Assembly: GCF_023055435.1 (NCBI RefSeq)
Contig: NW_025963813.1
Span: forward strand, 21,266,001 to 21,330,000
Length of the DNA stretch: 64,000 nt
Reading direction: 5' to 3'
DNA from: Haliotis rufescens
Taxonomy: Eukaryota
Shown: piece by piece, positions 1 through 10,777 of the stretch
How positions within the stretch are numbered: position 1 is the stretch's first letter
How the letters are laid out: every line of letters begins with the position of its first letter
Notes under the pieces: model-generated
The model's database searches: none
Told to the model about the DNA's origin: nothing
What the model saw: only the letters and a program-made list of their open reading frames with translations
Made by a program: the position numbers and the translations under genes

Positions 1-856
1 TTGTTTACATAATCTTAAACATTTGGGTATTTTGTTGTGCCTGCCAACTTCAACCATTAACCTGTGTGAGCTGCATCTAAATTGTGTTAGTGATATTCTG
101 CATTTTCTTATATTTACATCAGTTAAATATTTTTCTGCGCATATTTGCATTTTAAAATATCTATAATATTCGCATTTGCTAGAAACATCTACAGTAGATG
201 TCCATGTTTGAAAGTACATGTCAAATAGCGTCTGCCTTATTTTCGATATGAACATGGCATGATTCTCTAAGAAACAATGGTTTTCCCAGATTGCTGTATA
301 TGTGCTAACGTGCTACACAATTGGGTAATACAATTAAACATTAACATTATTTGAGTTTGTTATCCTTTGTTTAGTTGCATTTCAAGCGTAAAAAAAACCG
401 GTCTTCTTGTTATCGAAATACGAAGGAATGAATATGAGATCATGCGTCACAATCAGCAAATCAAAGCCTAGGGTAAATGAAAAGTGATGTGTGCAGACTG
501 TGCAAATATAAAAAAAATGTGTGCACAGATTTGTTTTATCCCTGGAGGTAATAAATACCATTATGCTATTGCGGTTTACATGCGAGCATATTGGATGCAC
601 CATAGTGTCGTTTGGTCTCATGGCCCATATTTCAATATGCATGAGCATTCAACAATAACTTTATTTATTCAATGTCGTTTCATCAGTCACTGGCATAATC
701 ATAAAATTATATGAACCCACCCAGTGCATGTATTTAGCGGACTTGCCGATCATATGAGCCGGTTTACCACGGGAAATGGCATACACGTAGAAATTATTCT
801 GAAAACGTTTTAATTAATGGTTTAATATGTTACACTGGTTGCACGATGTAGGTTTG

Positions 857-978
857 AGTAGTATAGACAATGACAGTTCTGGACCACTTCCACCACAGCC
901 AGATTTATATACCTATACTGCTACTACAGAGGGATTTTTTTATGTCAATATGATTATGCGATTCCACGATCGTCATGA
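857..978 (+). repeat. Left terminal inverted repeat of the Polinton
   Basis: Matches the reverse complement of 14666-14750 apart from 37 extra bp (888-924) and a few substitutions. Begins with the (AGT)2 motif typical of protein-primed termini. Confidence 0.93.
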
Positions 979-1012
979 TTCATATTAAAAGAATAATCAA
1001 TATTAATTAATA

Positions 1013-2108
1013 ATGGATAACATTTACTATAGCCCATGAGGATATTGGAAAGGTATAGGAGCAATACAAAAATTACCCACTACGGCTAAGGTATCTTAAC
1101 ATGTGGCCAAGGATTGGCTAAAGAAACAAGCGAAGTGGCAAATATACTTACCGGCACCGCGTTATATCCCGAGGAAGAAGTTTGATATTAGTACAACGAA
1201 TGAAGTTCATCAGGCTGACCTCTTGTTTCTTCCCCACGATAAGGTAAGACGCAAAACGTATAAATATGCTTTAACTGTAGTGGATGTGGCTAGTCGGTTT
1301 AAAGAGGCTGAGCCATTAACCTCATTAGCTAATGCACTGAGCCGCATATATAAACGCGGACCACTAATTGGCCTAAGTTTTTTTCAAGTTGATCGACGTC
1401 GTGAGTTTATGGGATCAGTAACTAAACTGTTAACAAAGCACGATGTCGCAATCAGGCGTGGTGAAAAAGAGGCCCACTGTAGTCAAGCTATCGTTAAAAG
1501 ATTTAACGGGACATTAGTGGAACGTTTGTTTGGCTATAAGTATGGGATTGAAATGAAATCGGAACGTCACGGGTGACACGATTATCAGCTGTTGCTGAAT
1601 AATGAAGTAACAAGATTAATCGGGAAGAAACCATCCGATGCGATTAAAATGAAGTCTGTGACTTCCGAATCTTCAGCACTGAGGAGAGGCAAAGAACAAA
1701 AACTTCCGGATAAAGTAAGCGCGTAAGATATTTATACCAGCCCGCGGAACTTGAAGGAGGTCTATGTCGCGCAACCGATCCGATTTGGTCTCTTAGGATA
1801 TATAACATTAGTCGGTTGGTTATGAAAGAAGGAGAGCCTATTCTTTATTATCTTAAAGATGGACCGGGCAGGGCATTTGTACGAGAAGAGTTGCTCATAG
1901 TGAGTGAGTGACTATAGTTTTACGCCGCTTTTAGCAATATTCCAGCAATATCACGGCGGGTGACACCACAAATCGGCTTCACACATTGTACCCATGTCGG
2001 GAATCGAACCCGGGTCTTCGGCATGACGAGCGAACGCTTTAACCACTAGGCTACCTGACCGCCCCAGAGTTGCTCATAGTTCCAAACGATACAGTATTAC
2101 CACCATAA
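1013..2108 (+). pseudogene. Polinton retroviral-like (rve, DDE) integrase, disrupted
   Basis: ATG at 1013 is in frame with ORF 1103-1576 through two stops (MDNIYYSP*GYWKG...). Core motifs HQADLLFL, YALTVVDVASRF, QVD..REF, SQAIVKRFNGTL. The frameshifted C-terminus (RATDPIWS...YYLKDGPGRAFVREELLIV) resumes after the SINE as PNDTVLPP* (stop 2106-2108). Confidence 0.9.
1902..2065 (-). mobile_element. tRNA-derived SINE (family A) inserted in the integrase 3' end
   Basis: Minus strand: GGGGCGGTCAGGTAGCCTAGTGG (A box) ... GGTTCGATTCC (B box) ... (ACTC)n tail. Perfect 15-bp TSD AGAGTTGCTCATAGT (1887-1901, 2066-2080). Confidence 0.93.
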
Positions 2109-5100
2109 CCATAAGCATAGGTAGTTACACCATCATTATCAATCCATCTCTTTGTATCTAATGGGGACAATGATGTCTTGTTCATCCTTAATCCATATAT
2201 CCTGTGATTTACATTTCTTAAAGAATTCATCTCGTGTTTGAATGTTCTACCATTGAATAATGCTTCTTTATACTGTTCGTGTTTGATATGCTTTTTTACC
2301 ACATACTTCTTAACACCCTTAGCTTCCTTATCTCCCCATTATCGGACTTCTTTATAGAATACATCTTAGGTCTTAATCCAACATACTCTGCTATAGCGGT
2401 CCCAGCATATTCATCCTTCATCTTACCTAACACCTTTTTATTTACTACGCTGTGCAGTTGATTATATTTTGGGTAATCGCTCATGTCGTACATATCTATT
2501 TTTTCTGCCATATCTTTATACATTTCCTCGGTTTGTATTTCCATCAACAAAGAATCTGTGTCGGTATATAACACCTCACACCTATCACTGTACTGCTTCC
2601 TAAGTTCGTTGTAATAAAAGTCATACATTAAGTGTTTTGACAAGTCAAGAATACTCATACCAACGTACACCGGTTTGTTGAAATTTATATTACTCTTCCG
2701 CATATGTAGTGCCACTAAGTCGTTATCAAATATCTTGCTTCTGTTAAAAGCCGGACTGGCTATAAGTTTCCTGAGTCTTTCTTCCTCATTAGATCTGACC
2801 AATTTAACATCAACACGCTTCCTTAGATTCTCCATAGTTTTACCAAATACTGAGTTTTTCATGAGCTTATATAAGTTCTTTTCGAAATCGCTGGTAGCTA
2901 TCTTTCTTAAATCTGTGTTCAGTTCTATATAGGGCTCCATCCAAGGGCTTTGATCAAACTTAAGAACTCTGTGTATTTTCTTTAGTTTCATGCCTAACGA
3001 TAGATATATAGAGGTTATCACGCGAGTGTGTTTGTGGATGGTAAATATCCTGCATTAGGAATAAACATTGTATTTAGCGAGCCTAATACAGGATATTTAC
3101 CATCCCCAAACACACAAGCGTGATAACCTCTTTATCATATAATGTCATTCTTTAATTCTGTGCTTGAGAATCGCTTTCCCTCTCTCACAAACATTACCGA
3201 AACATTGCGAGTTTTCCTGGAATGCGCGCATTAATATTTATTACGTCACAGGGTAAGTGATGTGTCAGTCGGACAATGGCAGTAGCCAATATAGTTCCAA
3301 CTGAAATCTGTTTCTTATAAATCTTATACAGTGGCGAAGCAACATATACGCAAAACAACAATTGTTTTTAATTGCCTTTCGTGGCAATCCATCCGTCTGT
3401 CAGCTAGAGTAACTGCCCTTTGTCAAAGGGAAGCTACTCTAACCCTAGTCTATGAGACGTCACGGCCACGGTCAGACGTTGTTGACAGTCGGTCTGTCCT
3501 GTCATAACGTTCAGAAGTGTAGTCAGATGTTCACACAGCGACAAAACGAAACAAGGTAACGATTCAAACATATTTCGGCCAAATCCAACTATTTTAATTT
3601 GTGGGGAAGGTTTCAAGCCGCAGAGGTGAACAAGCACAGATATGGCTACTGATCCCGCTTGGCTAGGCCTCGTGCCCTCGCAAAATTGTGTCGAAATTTA
3701 TATCTCCAAAGTTGCCAAAACTTATAAAATGCCTTAGCTACGTCACAGTTAGACACTGATTTTCAGTGTATTAGACTGTTCTTTTGATAATGATAGCAAT
3801 TATCCCTGTAGTTTATCCAGATTTCCGATGGTTAATTCTGACTCGATCGCCGAATGACGAGGGCGACGCCATGTTTGTTTATAAACAGTGAAAGTAGTCC
3901 CTACTTGACCTTTGATATTTGCATCTCTATCCGCATATGACCCCAACGGATATCGTTTTTATCCGTTGGCTTTATCCTGCCGAGAAACCTACCCATTATA
4001 TGATAAAACACGAGATTTTTATAGTGAACTATATATTTTGTCTTATCCATCAAATTTGGTACGAGTATTTCTATGTTAGCTAACCTAGTATTGCCCATCA
4101 AGGAGTGTTGATATTCTGACATCCAATCCTTATTAACCATTAATCTTTCCGGAGCTAGTGGATAACTGTTATGATCTTTGTGTAACTCTGTTGGCTATTT
4201 CAAGTCAACTTCTAATATGTATCCTTTATTGGAATCTGTGGGGATATCATTCACATCGATCCACTCAAAACCACCCATGGGTAAAGGTTGACTCATAGCC
4301 CATCCATACAAATTGTTGAAGTCGAGATATAATATGTGCGTATCGGGTTTCGGATCATATCCTTCCACTAATTTATTATTAGCCTTTAAAAACCTTTTCG
4401 CCAACATCGATATACCACCTCTTAATCCTTTCTCAATAAACAAGTGCATATGAGTACTACAGTGAGTAGTTTTAGTTCTACACAGGTCTTCTTTAACAAT
4501 GCATCCCACAACAGTCCGGGACCGGAATAGTACCATGCCAGATCAAAGCCGTATTGTTTTAAACATGTCCTTCGAAATATCTCAAATATATCGGTGAGTA
4601 ACAGTACATGATAATTGCCTAAATTCTTTCAACCTAATTTATCCCACACTGTCAGAGTGTGTTCATAATCGGCATCAGTTATTTTAGATTCTGTAAAGTT
4701 ACTATAGAATGATTCAAGGGGTGGTAATTGAGTTTCATCAAATCTGGACCAATCATCCATATATTCGTAAGGATATACACCTTTTCCCAACAACAAATGA
4801 CGAGTTAACCGATCAGTTATTGATTTGTTATTGCAAAGTCATCGGGATTGTTGGCATAAGCCAAATTGTCCAGGGCAGATAACAAAAACTGTATGGAAAC
4901 GATGAATCTAAGCCCATTACTTTGCTTTATTCTAGCTTTCCCATCCTTGTCCGTATAATGTATAGTTTATTCAACGAGAATGATACGTATTTTTTCATAT
5001 TATTAGGAATGCACGTTAAGCCGGCGTCTGTCTTTGAGATAGCTTGCATAATGAGATGAGAATCATATCCTCTAAGGTTATGAAACACAACGGGGACGGG

Positions 5101-6757
5101 TATTGTTTGAGAATTCATTTTTAGTTTCAAGTTACATTCGTTATGCGCGGCTCGATAATTACCTGTGACGTGACAATGATCTCTTACAGAATCCCCATTC
5201 AGGGGTTTATTACAAATATGACAAATTGTTGACTTCTTATAGGCTGTACAATCATCCCTCATCATACACATGGGTTTCTTACGCGATAAATTTTCCATGA
5301 TTAATCTCTCTTCATTTTGTGGGTATTCTAGGAACTTTCCCGCTGCATCTTGACCTCTGTAAATCACAGGCGGGTTTGTTTTCCCATCATACCTTACAAC
5401 TATATATCCAAACCTGTAAGGAATATGTTCTTGAGTTTTGTATGTAAAACTACATTCAGTATTGTGTTCGGTATTTTCTATCGGTTTGATAAGCGCTTCG
5501 AAGTTGGCGTAAATTACATACGGTACTGGCATTTGATTACAATAATGTTCAAATTTTAATATATTTTTTCGCTCTTTAGGCATATGGATCCTGATAGCAG
5601 TCTGTCCAACACCTCTGCAGTCTTCTTTATGCACTTCTAATAAATCTTGTCTGCTGTACCCATGCAGGAATCTTTTCTCAGATATATTTTTTTCCATCAT
5701 GTTTTGTTTGATCGCATAATAGTCTGCTTAAACTCTTTATCCATGTATAATGATATTTATCATCTTTTTCGATTAGAAATAAATTGATTCTGGGAATATG
5801 TTCTGGGGCTGAGCTTATCCTGTTTACAACAATTCCTTTAGAAGAATGTCCGAAAACATTTATAGCTAAATTATTTTGCTTTTCCGCCTTATCAATGTGT
5901 GAGATTGGTGTAGGTTCGTCTATATCATCAAAGTTAAGTCCGTCGTTTTGGGGATAGCTCAAAGGTCTATCCAGATGGCTTGTGGGGAACAATGCAGATC
6001 TAAACGCAATTCTTAAACAGCCATCGCCTTTATTTTTTACATTAACTATTTCTTTTTCTTCTTATAATATGTGGGTAAATATATAAAAGATCCACCTTTG
6101 AAAGGCATATAATTTGCTATATTCAAATATAAACTATCGATTTTGTCTACAACCCAACCCGAACCTCTACTAGTCCAGCGTTCTAAAGGTTCCTTTTTCC
6201 GTTGAATTGATGCATCTAATGATGTGTTTATAGACTTGGGTTCGGTTATAACTTCTTGATTGCTCCAGAAATAAGGTTCGGTATATTTGGCGTCATTTTT
6301 ACTCAATGACATTTTAACCATTAGCTGGTATTTTATACTATTTAAATCATCTAACTCCTCGTTAATTTTGCTCGATATGATGGGATTAACATCATTAACA
6401 TCCATGTTGGAATTAATATCCATTTTCCAACCTTTTAGATATTTATCAACACTGTCTGTGGGTACAAATCTTAACTCATCATCTGGTTGATTTTTATCAA
6501 CACTGAGTAAAGTGATCAATTCAGCTTTTCTCATTCAAGAATAACCTCTCAGCTCATTCATTTTAGTTCGAGCTTTGAGTTCTCTAACAGTCTGGGTTTT
6601 TTTTATGTTCCAAACCGAGTAAATCAATCAATTCGGCTTTTCTCATTCGAGAATAACCGCGTAGACCACGTTGTTTTGCCAAAGCTTTCAGCTGTCCGAT
6701 GAAAACACCTGTGGTGTATACAAAATGAGTCAAATGTCTAAATTGTTATATTTCCAT
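2081..6757 (-). pseudogene. Protein-primed family B DNA polymerase (pPolB), broken into 8 or more ORF pieces and interrupted by a 1 kb insertion
   Basis: Motifs in the expected order: VIYANFEAL (ExoI, D to N), CHIC...VRDHCHVTG...AAHNECNL (endonuclease VII-like insert), VVFHNLRGYDSHLI (ExoII), KGVYPYEYMDDW, LYLDFNNLYGWAM (A), YKLMKNSVFGKT (B), YTDTDS (C), LSPLDTKRW..DGVTTYAYG. The 5' boundary is approximate. Confidence 0.95.
3008..4007 (+). mobile_element. Non-autonomous ~1 kb DNA element (Crypton-like, long 5' hairpin), copy 1, inserted in polB
   Basis: Near-identical to 37281-38298. Removing 3007-4005 restores the PolB frame HYKNLVF|YLSLGMKL. No TIRs and no clean TSD. The superfamily assignment is inference. 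Confidence 0.85.
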
Positions 6758-6762
6758 ATATC

Positions 6763-7012
6763 TTATTCTCCCCAACCTATTCCTCTGATGTAATCTCTCT
6801 TCCTAGCGTAAATAATCTGCTTCCTAACCCTATCAGCGCCGTGTTTCTTACACAAACAATAACGACATCTGACACCTATCCCACATACAGAACATGTACA
6901 ATTTACATTTCCTTGTCTGATGTCAAAAGCATGAATACCACAATATATACCAACGCATGGTTTCTGACATTGAATTTGGCTTCCCCATGAGTGTATATCC
7001 ACACAGATTCAT
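6763..7012 (-). pseudogene. Small Cys/His-rich (Zn-binding) Polinton protein
   Basis: CQKPCVGIYCGIH...CTCSVCGIGVRCRYCLCKKHG. Probable start MNLCGYTLMG at 7012, joined by one frameshift. Confidence 0.55.
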
Positions 7013-7169
7013 GATTATACACCTATCATATCATCTGTCTAAATGCAAACCACATATTGAGTCTCTCAACCAGCCAGATCTATTTATAGCTTAGCCAGTC
7101 GGTGCGACATAGCTAGCAGTCAGGGTGACATAGCTGATATAACTCAGCCTGTCATAGTGTGTTGATAGG

Positions 7170-7604
7170 TCATGGCTTATGCATAACTGTGTAGCTATAT
7201 ATAGCAACTGCAGACAACCCAAACACTATAAACGCTAACTCACGGTCTTTCTGAGCCTCTGATGGTGTATAAAACTGAGTGAGTGTTGGCCTTGGCATTG
7301 GGTCAAGTGTCTTTCCATAAACGAGGAGGTATTCATGCATGGCAGATTCAACATCCTTAAATGTTTGAATTGAATGTCCTTGTTTATGCAGTTCATCATT
7401 AATAAAATCTCATCTCTCCATTCTGCACCTGGCCCATTGTGACTGGGCTGCTTCGAGTTGTTCTAATGCTTTATTATGTCTTTTACTCTCCTCTTCAACT
7501 TCTTTAGTGTTTGATTCCCTCAGAGTAGAAAATAAATAATTACTCCCCGAAAAAGCTAGAGCATTAACAATAGCTCCACCAACCATCATCGCAATTGATG
7601 CGAT
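7170..7604 (-). pseudogene. Polinton small protein with N-terminal hydrophobic segment, coiled coil and C-terminal TM helix (absent from the ORF track)
   Basis: One 145-codon frame with the start decayed to ATC and one internal TGA (7410-7412): ASIAMMVGGAIVNALAFSGSNYLFS...KRHNKALEQLEAAQSQW...FYTPSEAQKDRELAFIVFGLSAVAIYSY. Confidence 0.75.
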
Positions 7605-7671
7605 TTTTTATGTTTATAAAATATTCAAATGTTCAATAATACTATGTATAAAAAATATCTAAATGTTGAAA

Positions 7672-7911
7672 TTACTTCATTATGTCTTCTGGGATAAGCC
7701 CCTGTTTGATAAGCATATCTTTTGTTGCCATTGCTAATCCTATATCGAGAATCATCATACTGAAATTATAACCATTAAAATCTAGCTTGGATGGTGTGGC
7801 TTTAGTAATCCTTTTAGCTATAAGGGCATAGCCAATGGCCAAGCCAGTGACCACCACTGAATGATACGCCACGTTTACCAACATTTTACCATCTGTAACT
7901 GGAGTAGTCAT
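7672..7911 (-). CDS. Small (79 aa) hydrophobic Polinton protein, intact
   Basis: Complete ATG-to-stop ORF in the same-strand gene cluster, with two hydrophobic stretches and a KDMLIKQGLIPEDI C-terminus. Confidence 0.7.
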   Translation of the reverse strand: MTTPVTDGKMLVNVAYHSVVVTGLAIGYALIAKRITKATPSKLDFNGYNFSMMILDIGLAMATKDMLIKQGLIPEDIMK

Positions 7912-7916
7912 TGCTT

Positions 7917-8245
7917 TTATAACATTACATGAGGGCTTAACTTTAATTGAACCTCATCTTATTTTTGAACTTGTGGTGTTTTCTCTTCTCCGGTCTTAAA
8001 AAACCATACCACTGCTATAGCAACAACCCCTAGTACATAGGGAGCCCAAGTTTGAATAGGGCTATGCTGTTCAATGTTTGAATTGTGGGCCTTTGCCTTC
8101 CTCACTTGCGCACCCTTCCTACCAGCTGTGATTTTTTAGGATTCTTAGTCACTCTGGCTTGTGATGCAATCGCTTGTGTTTCCTCCATCACTTGTTCTGC
8201 AATTGGTGTTTCCTCGGTCACTTGTGGTGCAATTTCCGTCTCCAT
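7917..8245 (-). pseudogene. Polinton small protein: acidic N-terminus, basic KNPKK..AGRKGA motif, one TM helix
   Basis: METEIAPQVTEET...VTKNPKK, then after a frameshift AGRKGAQVRKAK...WAPYVLGVVAIAVVWFFK... Confidence 0.55.
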
Positions 8246-8725
8246 TATTTATTTGAACTTCGTTGTTTATATTATTAAGTGGGCATGTATGTTTAAATTG
8301 ACAATACCTGTCCGTTATTAAAGCAGTGGTAAGTGGCGCTAAGAACATTCCGCATCTATGATAAAACACACAGCTTACAGCGCCTATAGCGTGTTCTATG
8401 AATGGGTCTTTCTCGAGAGATTCACATAAATACAGTCGATTTTCTACCGGGATAGGAAGAAACGTACTTGCCACGACTGTGTAAAGTTGTAACATAGCCA
8501 AACCTATTGTTTTAGTCATGGTAACTCCTAGTATAAACTCGTAACGCACGTACAGTTTTTTAATTTCTTCCTCGGTCATTTTTTAGTGGTATAATTTTCC
8601 CCTAAATAGTTGGAACATTTTCCACCAGCTACCACAGCAGCGAGTCTTTCTCTATGTTTATCTAAAGATTTATCCACCACCAGCTCATCTTAAAGCATTT
8701 GTTCGATAAGTTCATCGCATTCCAT
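8145..8725 (-). pseudogene. Conserved Polinton hypothetical protein
   Basis: MECDELIEQML*...HRERLAAVVAGG..YLG is joined by a frameshift to ORF 8145-8579 (EEIKKLYVRYE...MTKTIG...LEKDPF...LAPLTTALIT). Confidence 0.7.
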
Positions 8726-8904
8726 AATGTAATACCTAAGGAGATAATTAAGTTTAATATAATAAAATATCACATATCCAATAATAAAATATTGCAAAAG
8801 TATGAGTATTTCAAACCACATTATTACATAATCACCACTAATGTTCAATTTGCTATAGTTTTTGCTAAGCAGTTGCTATAATTTGCTATATTTTGCTAAA
8901 TTTG

Positions 8905-9498
8905 CTAAGCAGCTGTATAAGCAGGTGGTTGATTGGTTTTTAATACGAGTTTACAGTGCTTCGTTTCCGCTAACAGTTTTCTTACTTTATCTCGTTTGAG
9001 CTTAGTAGAAATAACATCATTTTTGCGTAGACATTACTCAAATGAATCTCGGTCTTTGCAATGAAACAGGGCTATCCATTTGGTCTGCTCTCTGAGATCT
9101 TTCAGGACAGAGTTGTATTTTTGAGTCAGGACCCAAACGCTATGCTCCATATGTCTTCTGGAGAATGCTAAATACAAAAGCATATCTTTCTTTTGGTAAG
9201 TTCTTTACTCGCGCTGCAGTCGTCTCTTATGAAAAGTGTTGATTCTCCTTTTTATTTTACATACTCGTAAACAGTGTTGTACACGATCACGTGGATATCA
9301 ACTCTGTACACCCCGGGATCATTCATGACCAAATCTCGCGATAGGTATGTTATATTAACGTTTATAGTCGGGCACAGAATAATAATATGGTCGAAAACGT
9401 CCCGATAATGACTTTGTAAAATATCTAGAATAAAAGCTGTTTTTCAACAACCCATTTGCCCGCATATGATAGCGCAGTGTGGTTCTTTAGGTAAAAGA
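8905..9498 (-). pseudogene. A32/FtsK-like genome packaging ATPase (absent from the ORF track because of stops)
   Basis: LPKEPHCAIICGQMGC*KT (Walker A with G to stop), TLFIRDDC (Walker B), LAFSRRH (Arg finger), SVWVLTQKYNSV..DLREQ. Lies directly downstream of the MCP gene. Confidence 0.9.
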
Positions 9499-10746
9499 TT
9501 ATTGATAGATCACTTGCACGAATCTTCCATTCTGTATATTAAGTTGCGCATCCATAATCACGTACAAGTATATATTTAATTTACCAGCCACTTCCTTGAG
9601 CTTCATTATCTGCATAGTAACACCCTCACAGGCATTTTCTATTCTCCGACCACTACCTTGTAATTGGTCATCGTCCGTGGTTCGCATGTCGAGCCACAGC
9701 GCATACTTCGTGGTGAGGTAATCACCCATCGATTCATCCCCCAGAGTCAGATCTTTCACGACCGGGTTAACTTCTGGGCTTTTTTTAATCTCGTCCCATT
9801 GTTGATACGCTAGCATTCCTTGACTATATAGTTGATTAGGCATGCCCTCGATAGTCAATTCTACTTTTGTAATCTTGGGATTGTAGAACTTCTCGGTATT
9901 TCTTTTAAATACATCAGATGGGTCCTCGAACAACATTAAAATACCCTTCAATGATCCGTGGGGATGTTTAGATTGATATTCCACATCGCATCTTTATGTT
10001 CCTTGTGATCTTTCAGTGTCAAAGCACACGATCATACAAAATGGCTAAACTTCCGGTATACTGTTTACGAATTTGTCTGGCTAATTCAGGATCTGCTACC
10101 ATATCATACTCCAGTGAGATATTGTCAATGGAATAGTTAGCATCTTCAGCAGCTCTGATTACTCTACCGTAGTCATTAAAAGTGAGTTCGTATTCTAACC
10201 TATCGCGTGAAGATGCTTGATAAAAGGGCATATGACTATCTAGTAATTCAAAGTCGAGCGGAATATAGAATCGGTTACCTAATGCATCAGCAACAGCGAT
10301 ATCTTTTACGATGGTATTATCACCGCTATCAGCACCCATACGCAGTCTCAATGTGTTCCGATTACTAATACCTTGGTACTGTATGATTTCCGGGTCTTTA
10401 TCCGTTCTCCAGAGATCCATGTAACAGAAACATACATCGCTATCATCGATACTCAAAACCTCATTACCACTAATTGTATTCGCTATTTTCTTAACGATAC
10501 CACGGCCTATGTCCTGAACAAGCTCCCTGTCAGCATCTATAGAATTCAAACTAATTGTAAATGCTAGTTGGACAATTACCGGAACTAACACATCGTGAGG
10601 GCATAGATTAGGAAAGCAAACCAGAAGTGTTTGATTCTGATCAATGGTACTCGGGTTATTAGTTATGGTTACAGACTGGCGAATTGCTTTGACCTCTAAT
10701 GGATCCCGAAGTCTACGTTGTGGGTTAACTTGCGTCCGTATTGCGT
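9499..10746 (-). pseudogene. Major capsid protein (double jelly-roll), frameshifted
   Basis: About 415 codons across three frames: YGRKL..RRLRDP..VKAIRQSVTITNNPSTIDQNQTLLVCFPNL..., FYIPLDFELL, SLKGILMLF, FYNPKITKVELTIEGMPNQLY, YALWLDMRT, YLYVIMDAQLNI. Size and position next to the ATPase fit a Polinton MCP. The start codon has decayed to ACG. Confidence 0.85.
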
Positions 10747-10777
10747 AGACACTGTTATATCGTAATTATGTTTACTT

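Noticed and set aside
3434-3637. ORF shared by both copies of the 1 kb element (also 37727-37909)
   Set aside because: Short, with different starts and no recognisable motif; the similarity only reflects DNA identity.
7672-7911. Host domestication of the intact small Polinton ORFs (also 14427-14663)
   Set aside because: ORFs of ~80 codons can stay open by chance at the stop and frameshift density seen in neighbouring genes.
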